Origin: an uncultured Poribacteria bacterium
GTDB taxonomy: Bacteria; Poribacteria; WGA-4E; WGA-3G
Direction of reading: 5' to 3'
NCBI GenBank assembly: GCA_951813565.1
Contig: OX638351.1
Span: 608,001-672,000, forward strand
DNA: 64,000 nucleotides
In this document: positions 1-10,178 of the stretch, in pieces
Position numbering within the stretch: the stretch's first letter is position 1
Layout: every line of letters begins with the position of its first letter
Notes under the pieces: model-generated
What the model was told of the DNA's origin: nothing
Databases searched by the model: none
What the model saw: only the letters and a program-made list of their open reading frames with translations
Made by a program: the position numbers and the translations under genes

Positions 1-572
1 CTATGACAATTCCAAGTGATGGAAAACGTGTGCTTCGTGAGGGTGAGCATACAAACTGGCTTCAAAATGGGATTCATCCGTTATCACTGCTGTTGGCAGT
101 TGGTGGGAAGGTATCGTCTGTAACGGTGCATCGAGGCACACGCGGTGGCGGGGTGTGTGTATTAGAATTTGCCAGCGGCGCGCTCGGTAATTTTCATCTT
201 GCAGATGGTGCGAGGCATGGACAACCGTCTGAATTTTATCAGTTCTTTGGTGATGGATGCCACGCTGAAATTCGGAACGGCACACATGTTTTGTTACAAC
301 GCGGAATGCAGTTCAATTACAGTGGCAGCACAAGTTTTGTGTCTGAAGGTTTTGATAGCGGTGCCATCGTCTGGGAACCACAATACAGTCTCGGTACACT
401 TGAAAACAAGGGGCTTTTCGTCCAAGGTTTTTATCAAGAGATGTGGTATTTCTGTGATTGTATTTTGGAGGGAAAACCTGCTGAACAAGGATCGCTTGAG
501 TTTGCTTTAGATGTGATGAAGGTGTATGAGGCGGGGCTTCGTTCTGAAGGTGAGACCGTCGCTATACTGTAA
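1..572 (+). CDS. Gfo/Idh/MocA-family oxidoreductase, C-terminal part (5' truncated by window)
   Basis: ORF 3..572; [15 protein letters not shown] and C-terminal [15 protein letters not shown] resemble the C-terminal domain of this family. Confidence 0.6.
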   Translation, partial: MTIPSDGKRVLREGEHTNWLQNGIHPLSLLLAVGGKVSSVTVHRGTRGGGVCVLEFASGALGNFHLADGARHGQPSEFYQFFGDGCHAEIRNGTHVLLQRGMQFNYSGSTSFVSEGFDSGAIVWEPQYSLGTLENKGLFVQGFYQEMWYFCDCILEGKPAEQGSLEFALDVMKVYEAGLRSEGETVAIL

Positions 573-608
573 GGACAATTGTAGTTTTAAAATTTTTCTG
601 GAGCAAAA

Positions 609-2336
609 ATGCTAACGAAATTGACTTGTCGTAATTTTAAAAGGTTTGGCGAAATAGAAGTCGAATTAGGGAATCCGGTCGTCTTCATCGGTCCAAATAA
701 TTCTGGCAAAACGACAGCGTTACAAGCTTTGGCTCTGTGGGAAATAGGTCTAAAACGGTGGAATGAGAATCACAAGGGAAAACCAAATTCGGCAAAACGT
801 TCAGGAGTTGTTATCAACCGGCTTCACCTTATCTCTATTCCCGTTCCAAGAGCACGTTTGCTCTGGCGGAACTTGCAGGTTCGTGATGTTGAGAGGATTG
901 ATGGTAAACAACAGCAACAAAATATCCGCATAGATATTATTATTGAAGGTGTCACTAAAGGCAAAAACTGGAAATGTGGATTAGAATTCGATTATGCCAA
1001 TCAGGAATCTATCTACTGCCGTCCGTTGAGAATATCAGAAGACGGAGGAAAGGTAACCTCGCGAATGTCTATTCCTGACGAAGTTGGAGAACTCTCTGTT
1101 GCTTATCTTCCACCGATGTCTGGACTCGCATCTAATGAAATCCGATTAGAGGAAGGCACGATAGGTGTCCGGATCGGAGAGGGGCGAACAGCAGAGGTGC
1201 TGCGCAACCTATGTTATCAGATTTCACAGCATAACAAAACATGGGATAAACTCTGTCAACAGATCCGTGTCCTGTTTGGTGTGCAACTTGATAGACCAGA
1301 TTATATTGCAGAACGTGGTGAGTTTGTGATGAACTATCGCGATGAGTCAGATATCTCGTTAGACCTCTCTTCATCAGGACGGGGATTGCAACAAACCTTA
1401 TTGCTACTTGCCTATATCGCTGCACATCCCGGTTCTGTGCTTCTACTTGATGAACCGGACGCACACCTTGAAATTCTTCGGCAGCGGCAGATTTATCAAG
1501 TACTTACAGAATCGGCAACTGAACACGGCAGTCAGATCGTAGCTGCCAGTCATTCCGAAGTTATCCTTAGTGAGGCAGCGGAACGCGATGTCGTCATCGC
1601 TTTTCTCGGAAAACCACATCGAATTGATGATCGCGGCAGTCAGCTATTGAAATCGATGGGGACAATCAGTTCTGAAGAGTATTATCAAGCAGAACAACAG
1701 GGATGGATTCTTTATCTTGAAGGGGCAACCGATCTTCCAATCTTGCGAGCATTTGCCCAGAAACTTAACCATCAATCCCAAACTGTATTAGAATCACCTT
1801 ATGTACACTATGTTGGCAACCTGCCACGGGAAGCTCGTAAACACTTTTACGGATTGCGTGAAGCAAAGCCAGATTTGGTAGGATTTAGCCTGTTCGATCG
1901 GATTGATATCAAACTTTGCTCACGACCTGAATTAACGGAGTACGCATGGCAGTGTCGTGAGATTGAAAATTACATTGTATTCAGCAAACAGGTGCTAATC
2001 AATTGGGCACACAATGAAGCAGCGGAACATGCTGGGGGTATTTTATCCTCAGAAGATTGTGTATCTATGATGGAGGAAAGGATTACAGAAATTGAAAACG
2101 CGCGAGAGACGCTTGGTCAAGAATCGCCTTGGTCGTCAAGTACGAAGGTCAGTACAGAATTTCTGGATCCTTTGTTTAACTCATTTTTCAAAAAACTTGA
2201 GTTGCCAAACCTTATGCAAAAGACGAATTATCACACTTTAGTCCAATTTGTTCAAGCGGATCAAATTGATCCGGAAGTTACCGACGTGCTTGATGGCATT
2301 TTAGAAATTGCCAATAAAGCGAAGACATTAAGTTGA
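609..2336 (+). CDS. ABC/AAA ATPase fused to a TOPRIM-like domain (OLD-family-like ATP-dependent nuclease)
   Basis: N-terminal RNFKRF, Walker A GPNNSGKT, signature SSGRG, Walker B LLLDEPDAHL, H-loop SHS; C-terminal LYLEGATD...LFDRID...REIENY. Confidence 0.75.
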   Translation: MLTKLTCRNFKRFGEIEVELGNPVVFIGPNNSGKTTALQALALWEIGLKRWNENHKGKPNSAKRSGVVINRLHLISIPVPRARLLWRNLQVRDVERIDGKQQQQNIRIDIIIEGVTKGKNWKCGLEFDYANQESIYCRPLRISEDGGKVTSRMSIPDEVGELSVAYLPPMSGLASNEIRLEEGTIGVRIGEGRTAEVLRNLCYQISQHNKTWDKLCQQIRVLFGVQLDRPDYIAERGEFVMNYRDESDISLDLSSSGRGLQQTLLLLAYIAAHPGSVLLLDEPDAHLEILRQRQIYQVLTESATEHGSQIVAASHSEVILSEAAERDVVIAFLGKPHRIDDRGSQLLKSMGTISSEEYYQAEQQGWILYLEGATDLPILRAFAQKLNHQSQTVLESPYVHYVGNLPREARKHFYGLREAKPDLVGFSLFDRIDIKLCSRPELTEYAWQCREIENYIVFSKQVLINWAHNEAAEHAGGILSSEDCVSMMEERITEIENARETLGQESPWSSSTKVSTEFLDPLFNSFFKKLELPNLMQKTNYHTLVQFVQADQIDPEVTDVLDGILEIANKAKTLS

Positions 2337-2581
2337 TGGGTTTTACTGAAAGTTTATATTGTCCGTTGTGTAGGTCTTGCGAAACCCAACACGGATACGT
2401 AAATGTTTGGTTTCGCTACGCTTTACTCTTAGGAATTGAATCTGAATTTGTGAATAGGCACAGCCCAGAGGGACGAAAGGTATCCAACTCAAGAGATTAT
2501 TTTACCGCGTATCTACACATCTATCATCTCGCTGGGTTCAAGAGTGTGTTTGACACTGTTTTCTTACAAAGAGAAGGTTAA

Positions 2582-3046
2582 ATGGCAACAGTATCCCTCA
2601 GACCAATCACACAGATAAATTTTCATGAGTGTATCTCCTTAAGGGTCGCTGATAATCAAAAGAAATTTGTTGCCACCAATGTACAGTCTCTTGCCGAAGC
2701 GTTTGTCAATCCAACATATCATCCTTTCGGCATCTATGACTCAGAAGCACATTACCAAGCGAATCCGTCTATGGTAGGATTTACAATGTATGAACTTACC
2801 GACGCAGTAGGCTTCATCTTACGGTTGATGATAGATGAAAAGTTTCAAAGGAAGGGTTATGGTAGGGCAGCAATGATTGAAGTTATACGAAGATTGAAAT
2901 TACACCCAGAGGTTGAGCGGATTGCCACAAGTCATGAGAGGCAAAATGAAGTTGCCGAGCGACTCTATAAAAGTTTGGGATTCGTTGATTGGCAACATGA
3001 ATTAAGGGGTGAAGAGTATTCCGGTGAAAGGTATTTGATTCTTTAA
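2582..3046 (+). CDS. GNAT N-acetyltransferase (spermidine/diamine acetyltransferase-like)
   Basis: RLMIDEKFQRKGYG acetyl-CoA motif; NEVAERLYKSLGF. Confidence 0.85.
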   Translation: MATVSLRPITQINFHECISLRVADNQKKFVATNVQSLAEAFVNPTYHPFGIYDSEAHYQANPSMVGFTMYELTDAVGFILRLMIDEKFQRKGYGRAAMIEVIRRLKLHPEVERIATSHERQNEVAERLYKSLGFVDWQHELRGEEYSGERYLIL

Positions 3047-3054
3047 CGCTCCCC

Positions 3055-3454
3055 GTCAAATCCCCATGCTTTAGCTTGTGGGATGTCCACGGCTAACAAT
3101 GTGATGGACAGCACGAAATGTCCAGCGAAAGCGGAATAAAACCCATCGCTATAACGAAATCTATAAAGTTGGTGGATAGCGTCCATATCAAGCCACTGCA
3201 GCACTGCAGACTGGAATGCGTGAGCGGAGGCAACCCCTCCCGAAGTCTAAGGACTTGTCGCGTGGCGTGCCTGGTAGAAAGGGCAGCTATAAAATGGGTG
3301 GAAACAGAGCCAACCCACGACATTGCGAAAAATAAATCAAACGGGCAGGCTTGGCTGCCTAAAGTGGAGTGACAATAAGACGGTGGACGCTAAGCGAAAA
3401 CCGCAGTCGCGAGGAAGCACAAGCCCCTACCTTTAGGTAGTGGGTACCTATGAC
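3055..3454 (+). mobile_element. Non-autonomous IS200/IS605-type element with omegaRNA-like right end and structured interior
   Basis: Left hairpin ATCCCCATGCTTTAGCTTGTGGGAT; right hairpin AAGCCCCTACCTTTAGGTAGTGGGTACCTATGAC; no TnpA/TnpB ORF. Confidence 0.6.
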
Positions 3455-3484
3455 GAAGATAGCATCTAACCGTCGGAGGGAATT

Positions 3485-4504
3485 TTGGAATACAGAAGGC
3501 TCGGCAAAAGTGGTCTGAAAGTTTCAGAAATCTGTTTAGGAACGATGACGTTTGGTCATGGTGCAGATGAAGCAGAATCTGAGCGCATGGTACATCTTGC
3601 TTGGGATGCAGGGGTCAACTTCTTTGATACTGCAAATTCGTATGGAGACGGAGAATCAGAGATATTGCTCGGTAAGGCACTAAAAGGCAGACGCCGCGAT
3701 GCTATTGTAGCCACAAAGTTTTTCAATCCGATGAGTAAAGGTCCTAACGATTCTGGCATGTCCCGCGTACATATCCTGCAAGCAATTGACGACAGCCTTA
3801 AACGACTTCAGATGGAATATGTAGACATCTATTATATCCATCACGTTGATACACAAACGCCATTAGAAGAAATGCTACGCGCGTTGGACGACCTTGTCCA
3901 TCAAGGCAAAGTTCGTTACACAGCGTGCAGCAACTACCAAGCGTGGCGGTTATCTGAAGCATTATGGCTCAGCGATTCGCTTAACTTAGCACGATTTGTG
4001 TGTTATCAACCGCAATATAGTCTCGTTGTGCGGGATATAGAACAAGAATTAGTTCCGCTATGTGAATACAAGGGATTGGGCATTGTTGTGTGGAGTCCAT
4101 TAGCGGGCGGATTTCTCTCTGGTACATATAAACCCGGAGAACGCACCCAAGCGGAATCTCGATCAGCGGAAGGTTGGGCGTTCCCACAACGCTATTTTGC
4201 AGCAAACGCAGATGAAACATTAAAAACTCTCTTTGAGATTGCAAAAGAATTGGGGCAGAGTCCCGCACAGACAGCACTCCGATGGGTGCTTGAACAACAA
4301 GCAATGACCTCTGTGATTGTCGGTGCAAGGCACACTACACATTTGCTGGATAATCTTGGTGCCGCTGGTTGGAAGTTAGAGGGAGAAGCACTTGAAAGAC
4401 TAAACGAAGTTTCACATCTACCTGACCGATATCCCGAAGCGATGGAAAAGAATATGCACGAACGTCGGGATAGTGCTGTTGATATGCCGCTTCGCCTTTC
4501 TTGA
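3485..4504 (+). CDS. Aldo/keto reductase
   Basis: YRRLGKSGLKVSEICLGTMTFG, FFDTANSY, SLKRLQMEYVDIYYIH, WSPLAGG; TTG start after GGAGG. Confidence 0.92.
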   Translation: MEYRRLGKSGLKVSEICLGTMTFGHGADEAESERMVHLAWDAGVNFFDTANSYGDGESEILLGKALKGRRRDAIVATKFFNPMSKGPNDSGMSRVHILQAIDDSLKRLQMEYVDIYYIHHVDTQTPLEEMLRALDDLVHQGKVRYTACSNYQAWRLSEALWLSDSLNLARFVCYQPQYSLVVRDIEQELVPLCEYKGLGIVVWSPLAGGFLSGTYKPGERTQAESRSAEGWAFPQRYFAANADETLKTLFEIAKELGQSPAQTALRWVLEQQAMTSVIVGARHTTHLLDNLGAAGWKLEGEALERLNEVSHLPDRYPEAMEKNMHERRDSAVDMPLRLS

Positions 4505-4686
4505 AATGAATTGAACAGAAATTAGAGAAATTATACACCAATTAACTGGTAACGAAAACGCGAACTTTTCTCTATCTAATTTGACTAAAAGATAAAATAA
4601 AGATGTGGGCGAGGTATATATAGATAGTAATATTCTTAGTGTCATTTTGATTACGCAGACTCAACCGAATTATAAGGGGGATTCCG

Positions 4687-6738
4687 ATGAACAAGTGGAA
4701 AATTATCACAATTGTTGGTGTAGTTGTGCTTGTCGTAGGTGCCGCAGTCGTCATCGGACGTATGGTATTTGCTACTAAAGGAGACAATAGCAATTCAGAC
4801 ACACCTGCGGTACAAACAGCAACTGTACAACGAGGTGACATTGCTGTGACAATTGATGCTACAGGGACTATTAAGCCGCTGAATATCGTTGAAATCAGCT
4901 CAAAAGCGAGTGGAAAGATATTAAAGCTTAATGTTGACGCGGGCGATTATGTGGAGAAGGATGATGTCATCGCGATAATTGAAGACACTTATGTGCAGAT
5001 TAGTTTAGAACAAGCGGAAGCAGATCTGAAAGCGGCGGAAGCACGTCTTCAACAGTCTGAGATTGACATTCAACTCCAAAAGGAACAGTCGGAAATCCAG
5101 ATTCGGCAAGCCAAAGAATCACTTGCGGAGGCAAAGAAACGTTTAGAACAGATTAAAGAGCAAATTCGGCTTGAGAAAATAGCAAATAGACGCGGTGTAA
5201 AAGACGCAGAAAATAGTCTGAAGATTGCTAATCTCAGGTATAAACTGCTAACTTCTGAAACAGTTCGCGAGGAAAGTAAAAAACGTGCGGAAGCCTCTGT
5301 CACACAGGAAAAGGTTAATCTCGATTTAGTAAAAACTGAGCATGAGCGTAACGTGAAGTTGCATGAACAGGAACTTATCTCAGATGCAGCCCTTGAAACT
5401 TCCCAAGCACAGTATCGTTCTGCAGAGGCGCGATACGAATCTGCTCAAGAACAATTTAAGTTAGTTGAAAAACCCGCGAGTGAAGTAGAACTTGAATTGT
5501 CACAGGCTGATATTAAAAAGGCTGAATTTGCCTTGGAAGTTGCAAATGAACGAATTGAAGCTGAGTCGTCTCGTGATATGGATATTGAATTGCAGCAGCA
5601 ACGCATTACACAGGCAGAAGACGCGTTGAAACTTGCACAAACTAACCAGAAACAGATTGACAGGAAAGAACGGGACCTTGAGAGTGCAAAAGCATCTCTC
5701 AAACGGAGCCAAGGACAACGCGACCTGCGACAAATTGAGTTTGAAGATACCATAATCAAGGCACCTATTTCTGGCACTATACTTGAAAAGAAGGTCGAAG
5801 AGGGACAAGTTATCACTTCTCGACTATCATCTATTGCCTCTTCAGAAGGACAAACTATAGTTACAATGGCAGACTTGAACACTGTATTTGTTGTAACTGA
5901 GGTTGATGAAACTGACATTGGTAAGGTAAATATAGGGCAACCTGTGACGATTACGGTGGAAGCGTATCCAGAAATGCCGTTTGAGGGACAAGTCCTGAAA
6001 ATAGCACCTATGGGACAAGTAATTCAGAATATCACAACGTTTGAAGTGACCTCCGAGTTGAAAAATGTTGGTGCTGCTGGTTCTCAACAAGGCAGCATGG
6101 GTAGAGGAGCAGGCAGATGGCAAGGCGGAGAAATGGGGAATTTGACGGAGGAACAGCGGGAACGTTTCCGTGCAATGCGTCAACAACGCCAAGCAGAAGG
6201 TGGCAATCAGAATCAGGTGCGTAAACCAGAACAGCAAGAATCTACCGCGCAAGCACCTGTGGAACCCTCTATCGCTAAGACAGAGGAGGAAAGTGAAGAT
6301 GATTGGGGCGCTCTCTTTGGCAATGTTTTTGAGCAAACTCCCGCTGAAAATACACCTGACATTACACAACAACCAGAACCTGAATCAGCAAAAATGCCAT
6401 TTCTCAAACCTGGCATGAACGCAAGTGTCCAAATCTCGGCAGTGAATAAAACAGGTATACTAACGCTTCCATCCGAAGCTATCCTTGATATGCGCGGAAG
6501 GAAAATGGTCAGACCTATTGGAGAAGACGGACAACCCGGTCGCCCACAACCTATTGTGGTTGGGGTGAGTAGTTTTGACAAAGTTGAAATCATCTCAGGA
6601 CTTGCTGAAGGAAACGTTGTCGCAATTGGTGGTTTTGAAAGAGGCGGCGGTTCAAGTGAAATGTTCAGACGCATGATGCAAAATCCTGCTTCCACAGTGC
6701 GTAGGATGGGCGGTGGTGGCGGTCCACGAGGCAGATAG
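4687..6738 (+). CDS. Efflux periplasmic adaptor subunit (MacA/HlyD-like) with long coiled coil
   Basis: N-terminal TM, ATGTIKP, IKAPISGTI, VDETDIGKV, LKPGMNASV. Confidence 0.88.
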   Translation: MNKWKIITIVGVVVLVVGAAVVIGRMVFATKGDNSNSDTPAVQTATVQRGDIAVTIDATGTIKPLNIVEISSKASGKILKLNVDAGDYVEKDDVIAIIEDTYVQISLEQAEADLKAAEARLQQSEIDIQLQKEQSEIQIRQAKESLAEAKKRLEQIKEQIRLEKIANRRGVKDAENSLKIANLRYKLLTSETVREESKKRAEASVTQEKVNLDLVKTEHERNVKLHEQELISDAALETSQAQYRSAEARYESAQEQFKLVEKPASEVELELSQADIKKAEFALEVANERIEAESSRDMDIELQQQRITQAEDALKLAQTNQKQIDRKERDLESAKASLKRSQGQRDLRQIEFEDTIIKAPISGTILEKKVEEGQVITSRLSSIASSEGQTIVTMADLNTVFVVTEVDETDIGKVNIGQPVTITVEAYPEMPFEGQVLKIAPMGQVIQNITTFEVTSELKNVGAAGSQQGSMGRGAGRWQGGEMGNLTEEQRERFRAMRQQRQAEGGNQNQVRKPEQQESTAQAPVEPSIAKTEEESEDDWGALFGNVFEQTPAENTPDITQQPEPESAKMPFLKPGMNASVQISAVNKTGILTLPSEAILDMRGRKMVRPIGEDGQPGRPQPIVVGVSSFDKVEIISGLAEGNVVAIGGFERGGGSSEMFRRMMQNPASTVRRMGGGGGPRGR

Positions 6739-6756
6739 ACGCAAAGGAGGTAAACT

Positions 6757-7968
6757 ATGAGTATCCTTGAAAGTCTTGCGAACGCATTTCACGGTTTATT
6801 GGCAAATAAACTTCGGTCGATTTTAACAATGTTAGGCGTTATTATTGGTGTTGGGGCAATTATCACGACAACTTCAATTGGGGAAGGAGCGAAAGCCGAT
6901 ATAACTGAACGGATTCAGACATTAGGTGCAAATATCCTTGCGGTGCGTCCAGGGCAAAGTATGTTTCGTGGACGTGGTTCAGCTGATGCACGTAGAACCC
7001 TCACTGTTGAAGACGTTACCGCATTACGAGAACGTGGACAGAATTTTGGATATATTACCCCTGAAATCAGTAGTCGAGCACAAGTAAAATACCTCAATAA
7101 AAATTCAAACACCACAATCATCGGAACTTCTCCTGAATATCTCGTCACTGCAAATTTTACGGTTGAGAATGGAAAGTTCTTTAGCGAAAACGATATCCGT
7201 TACCGGAAAAAAGTTTGTGTTCTTGGCAAAACCGTTGTGGACAATCTCTTCGATAAGAGAGATCCAGTGGGTAAAACGGTCAAGATTCGTAATATCAGTT
7301 TTCACGTATTAGGTGTTATGAAGGAAAAAGGGGCAACTGGATTTCGAAATCCAGATGATCAGGTTTTCATCCCGTATTCCACGGCAATGAAACGTGTTTT
7401 TGGCGCAGAATATCTATCAAGTATCAGTTTACAAGCAAATACCGATAAACTCATTCAGGCAGCTGAAACAGAGGTAACAGAACTGCTACGTAAACAGCAC
7501 AAAATACCTATAAATAAAGAACCTGACTTTCACGTCCGCAACCAAGCAGAATTCATGGAAACTTTGGAAGAGTCAAGCCAAACATTTACCAACATGATTT
7601 TAGGAATTGCCGTAGTATCATTACTTGTCGGTGGTATCGGAATTATGAACATTATGTTGGTCTCTGTTACAGAACGAACGAAAGAGATTGGTCTCCGAAA
7701 AGCGGTTGGTGCACAACGTTTGGATATCCTTGTACAATTCCTCGTTGAATCTACAACGTTAGCTTTGATCGGTGGTCTTGTTGGTGTTGGTGTCGGGATA
7801 GCTGGTGCAGAGATGGTGCCATCACTTTGGGGATGGCGAACCGTGATCTCACCTGTCTACGGTCTTCTATCATTTGTTGTCAGTGCGCTTGTTGGTGTAT
7901 TCTTTGGCGCATATCCTGCATGGAAAGCAGCAAAACTCCATCCGATTGATGCGCTCCGGCACGATTAG
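6757..7968 (+). CDS. MacB/FtsX-family ABC transporter permease
   Basis: NKLRSILTMLGVIIGV, VGGIGIMNIMLVSVTERTKEIGLRKAVGA, PIDALRHD. Confidence 0.93.
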   Translation: MSILESLANAFHGLLANKLRSILTMLGVIIGVGAIITTTSIGEGAKADITERIQTLGANILAVRPGQSMFRGRGSADARRTLTVEDVTALRERGQNFGYITPEISSRAQVKYLNKNSNTTIIGTSPEYLVTANFTVENGKFFSENDIRYRKKVCVLGKTVVDNLFDKRDPVGKTVKIRNISFHVLGVMKEKGATGFRNPDDQVFIPYSTAMKRVFGAEYLSSISLQANTDKLIQAAETEVTELLRKQHKIPINKEPDFHVRNQAEFMETLEESSQTFTNMILGIAVVSLLVGGIGIMNIMLVSVTERTKEIGLRKAVGAQRLDILVQFLVESTTLALIGGLVGVGVGIAGAEMVPSLWGWRTVISPVYGLLSFVVSALVGVFFGAYPAWKAAKLHPIDALRHD

Positions 7969-7997
7969 GTTTCAGCACTAATGGTAGACTGTTGCTT

Positions 7998-8170
7998 GGT
8001 GCGGTTAGGAAACCGCACCTACCGTGGAAGGTAAGGTTTTCAACGCAAACTTCTTCTTGTAGGAGCGACCTCCCGGTCGCGACCAGGAGGTCGCTCCTAA
8101 AGAATGTAAAAAGCGCTAAAATACCAAACGCGCATTTGGCGTTGATTTGGCAATGAATTGCGCGATTACA
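7998..8170. repeat. Cluster of REP-like palindromes
   Basis: GGTGCGGTT-AGGA-AACCGCACC-TAC (7998-8022); GTAGGAGCGACCTCC...GGAGGTCGCTCCTA (8059-8099); GCATTTGGCGTTGATTTGG unit also near 22790 and 30435. Confidence 0.75.
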
Positions 8171-8250
8171 AATACGTTTTTTGTTTATGAAAACCGGTCA
8201 ATTAGAATGTTATAAGATGTTTACATATTTTACTATATGGAGGGATCAAC

Positions 8251-8967
8251 ATGTCAAAAGTTGCAGTGATTGCAGGAGTAGGTCCAGGTTTAGGCGCGGC
8301 AATTGCCCGTAAATTCGCGAATGAAGGATGCAATCTTGCATTGCTGTCGCGTTCATCCGCATACAGTATCAATTTATCAAATAGATTAGAAGAAACAGGT
8401 GTATCAGTTATACCCATCCCAACAGATATTACGGATGCCGCGCAGGTCACTGCAAGTTTTAGCCAAATTCGCGAAGAATTAGGCACTCCGGATATTTTGG
8501 TGAACCACGCAGGAAATGCGGCATGGGGTAATCTTTCAGAACTGACACCTGAGGCATTTGAAAGCGCATGGCGGGTTTGCACACTCGGTGCGTTTCTCTG
8601 CATTAAGCAAGTAGTCCCGGGAATGATTGAAAAGAGCAGCGGAACAATCCTCTTTTCTGGTGCGACATCTGCTGTCCGTGGTAGAGCAGGTGCAATTGCT
8701 TTTAGCAGCGCAAAATTCGCAATGCGTGGTTTAGCATCAGCACTGGCACGTGAAGTTGGACCGCAGGGAATCCACGTTGCACATATCATAATTGACGGTG
8801 TGATTGACACACCCGGTGTCAGAGAGCGGTATCAGTTAGGGCCTGATGAACCTTTGCTCACACCTGACTCTATTGCTGACACCTATTGGGCTCTTGTGCA
8901 GCAAGAACGTAGTGCCTGGAGTTTTGAGGTAGATGTCAGACCATATAATGAGGAATTTTTTACATAG
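8251..8967 (+). CDS. Short-chain dehydrogenase/reductase
   Basis: IAGVGPGLG, VNHAG, FSSAKFAMRG, GIHVAHIIIDG. Confidence 0.9.
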   Translation: MSKVAVIAGVGPGLGAAIARKFANEGCNLALLSRSSAYSINLSNRLEETGVSVIPIPTDITDAAQVTASFSQIREELGTPDILVNHAGNAAWGNLSELTPEAFESAWRVCTLGAFLCIKQVVPGMIEKSSGTILFSGATSAVRGRAGAIAFSSAKFAMRGLASALAREVGPQGIHVAHIIIDGVIDTPGVRERYQLGPDEPLLTPDSIADTYWALVQQERSAWSFEVDVRPYNEEFFT

Positions 8968-9019
8968 ACAGATATACAAATGCGAAATATGTATAATTGT
9001 TGATAAAAAGGAGATTACC

Positions 9020-10114
9020 ATGGTTAGAACGGTTATTACTTTTTTGATATTGCTTATCGGTATTACGCTCTCTTTTTCGGACACAATAGCTGAAACAAAG
9101 TGGACTGTACTACGAGATGACGATATCATCCGAGGTGATGGCATTCAAGGGATGTTACATGATGTGCATTTTTGGGATAATCAAAACGGTTTAGTGATTG
9201 GTGATAGTGGCTTGATGCTTGTGACGGCAGATGGTGGGAAAACTTGGACCAAAAAAGAGGTGAATATGCGCCCACCCGGTGCAACTACAGGACAGAGACC
9301 TGGGCGTCCGCCTGGTGCTGGTGGTCCTCCGGCAGGCTTCGGTGGCGGTGGTTCTCCTACACTCTATAATATCTACTTTGTCAATGAAAAAGTAGGCTAC
9401 ATCACAGGGGCAAGAGGAACTATTCTAAAAACTGAAGATAACGGGAAAACATGGAACCGAAAAATAGCAAGAAGTGAGGCTGCAGGACAAAATAATAACC
9501 CACGTAGAGGTGGAATACGTGCTAACTTAATGGGAATTCAGATAATCAACGAAACGGTCGGTTTCATTGTGGGATCAGAAAACACTATTCTCAAGACAAC
9601 TGATGGTGGTGAAACATGGGTGGGCAGATCAGAACGCGCACGTGTCGGGGAAACCCGAAACAACCTTGAGGATATCTGGTTTGTTACGCCGACAACAGGT
9701 TGGATTGTTGGGTCTTATGGAACACTCTTGCATACGACAGATGGTGGCGAAACATGGGAAAAACGCGAAGCGGGATTCGATAATAACCTATTCGGTATCT
9801 ATTTCTTTGATGAGAAGACAGGTTGGATCTGTGGACAGGAAGGATTGATCCTCCACACCAACGATGGCAAAACATGGAATCAGCAGAAAACGGGTTCTAT
9901 TGATAACCTTCATGATATTATTTTCGTTGATAACATGATAGGTTGGACAGTTGGAGATTATAGTGCTGTTTTGCATACCACAGATGGTGGGAAAACGTGG
10001 GGTGCTTCAAAAGCTGGCGGAAGCGGAACACTCAAAGGGGTATACGCCACGGATAAAAACCACTGCTGGACAGTTGATGATTGGGGTGTAATCTCAGCAT
10101 ACAAAACGAAATAA
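9020..10114 (+). CDS. Secreted YCF48/BNR-repeat beta-propeller protein
   Basis: Signal peptide; repeated T-x-D-G-G-x-T-W motifs; RBS AAGGAG before ATG 9020. Confidence 0.85.
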   Translation: MVRTVITFLILLIGITLSFSDTIAETKWTVLRDDDIIRGDGIQGMLHDVHFWDNQNGLVIGDSGLMLVTADGGKTWTKKEVNMRPPGATTGQRPGRPPGAGGPPAGFGGGGSPTLYNIYFVNEKVGYITGARGTILKTEDNGKTWNRKIARSEAAGQNNNPRRGGIRANLMGIQIINETVGFIVGSENTILKTTDGGETWVGRSERARVGETRNNLEDIWFVTPTTGWIVGSYGTLLHTTDGGETWEKREAGFDNNLFGIYFFDEKTGWICGQEGLILHTNDGKTWNQQKTGSIDNLHDIIFVDNMIGWTVGDYSAVLHTTDGGKTWGASKAGGSGTLKGVYATDKNHCWTVDDWGVISAYKTK

Positions 10115-10125
10115 TATTGTGGGTA

Positions 10126-10151
10126 AGGGCTACGTTCCGTACCCTTTTTTT
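10126..10151 (+). terminator. Probable intrinsic terminator
   Basis: AAGGGCTACG-TTC-CGTACCCTT hairpin followed by T-run. Confidence 0.55.
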
Positions 10152-10178
10152 ATCAGAATATTTCTAATGGAGGAATGA

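Noticed and set aside
2333..2581. 82-aa ORF after the ATPase-TOPRIM gene as a partner gene
   Set aside because: It overlaps a REP-like repeat (GCGAAACCCAAC...GTTTGGTTTCGC) and has no recognisable motif
3090..3340. Group I intron (IStron) call for the interior of the mini-element
   Set aside because: AGACT/AGTCT could mimic P7, but I could not find the P4/P6 or J8/7 consensus, and the element is intergenic; left unclassified
3093..3372. ORFs of 76 and 84 aa within the element
   Set aside because: No RBS or recognisable motif; the sequence is better explained by RNA/DNA structure
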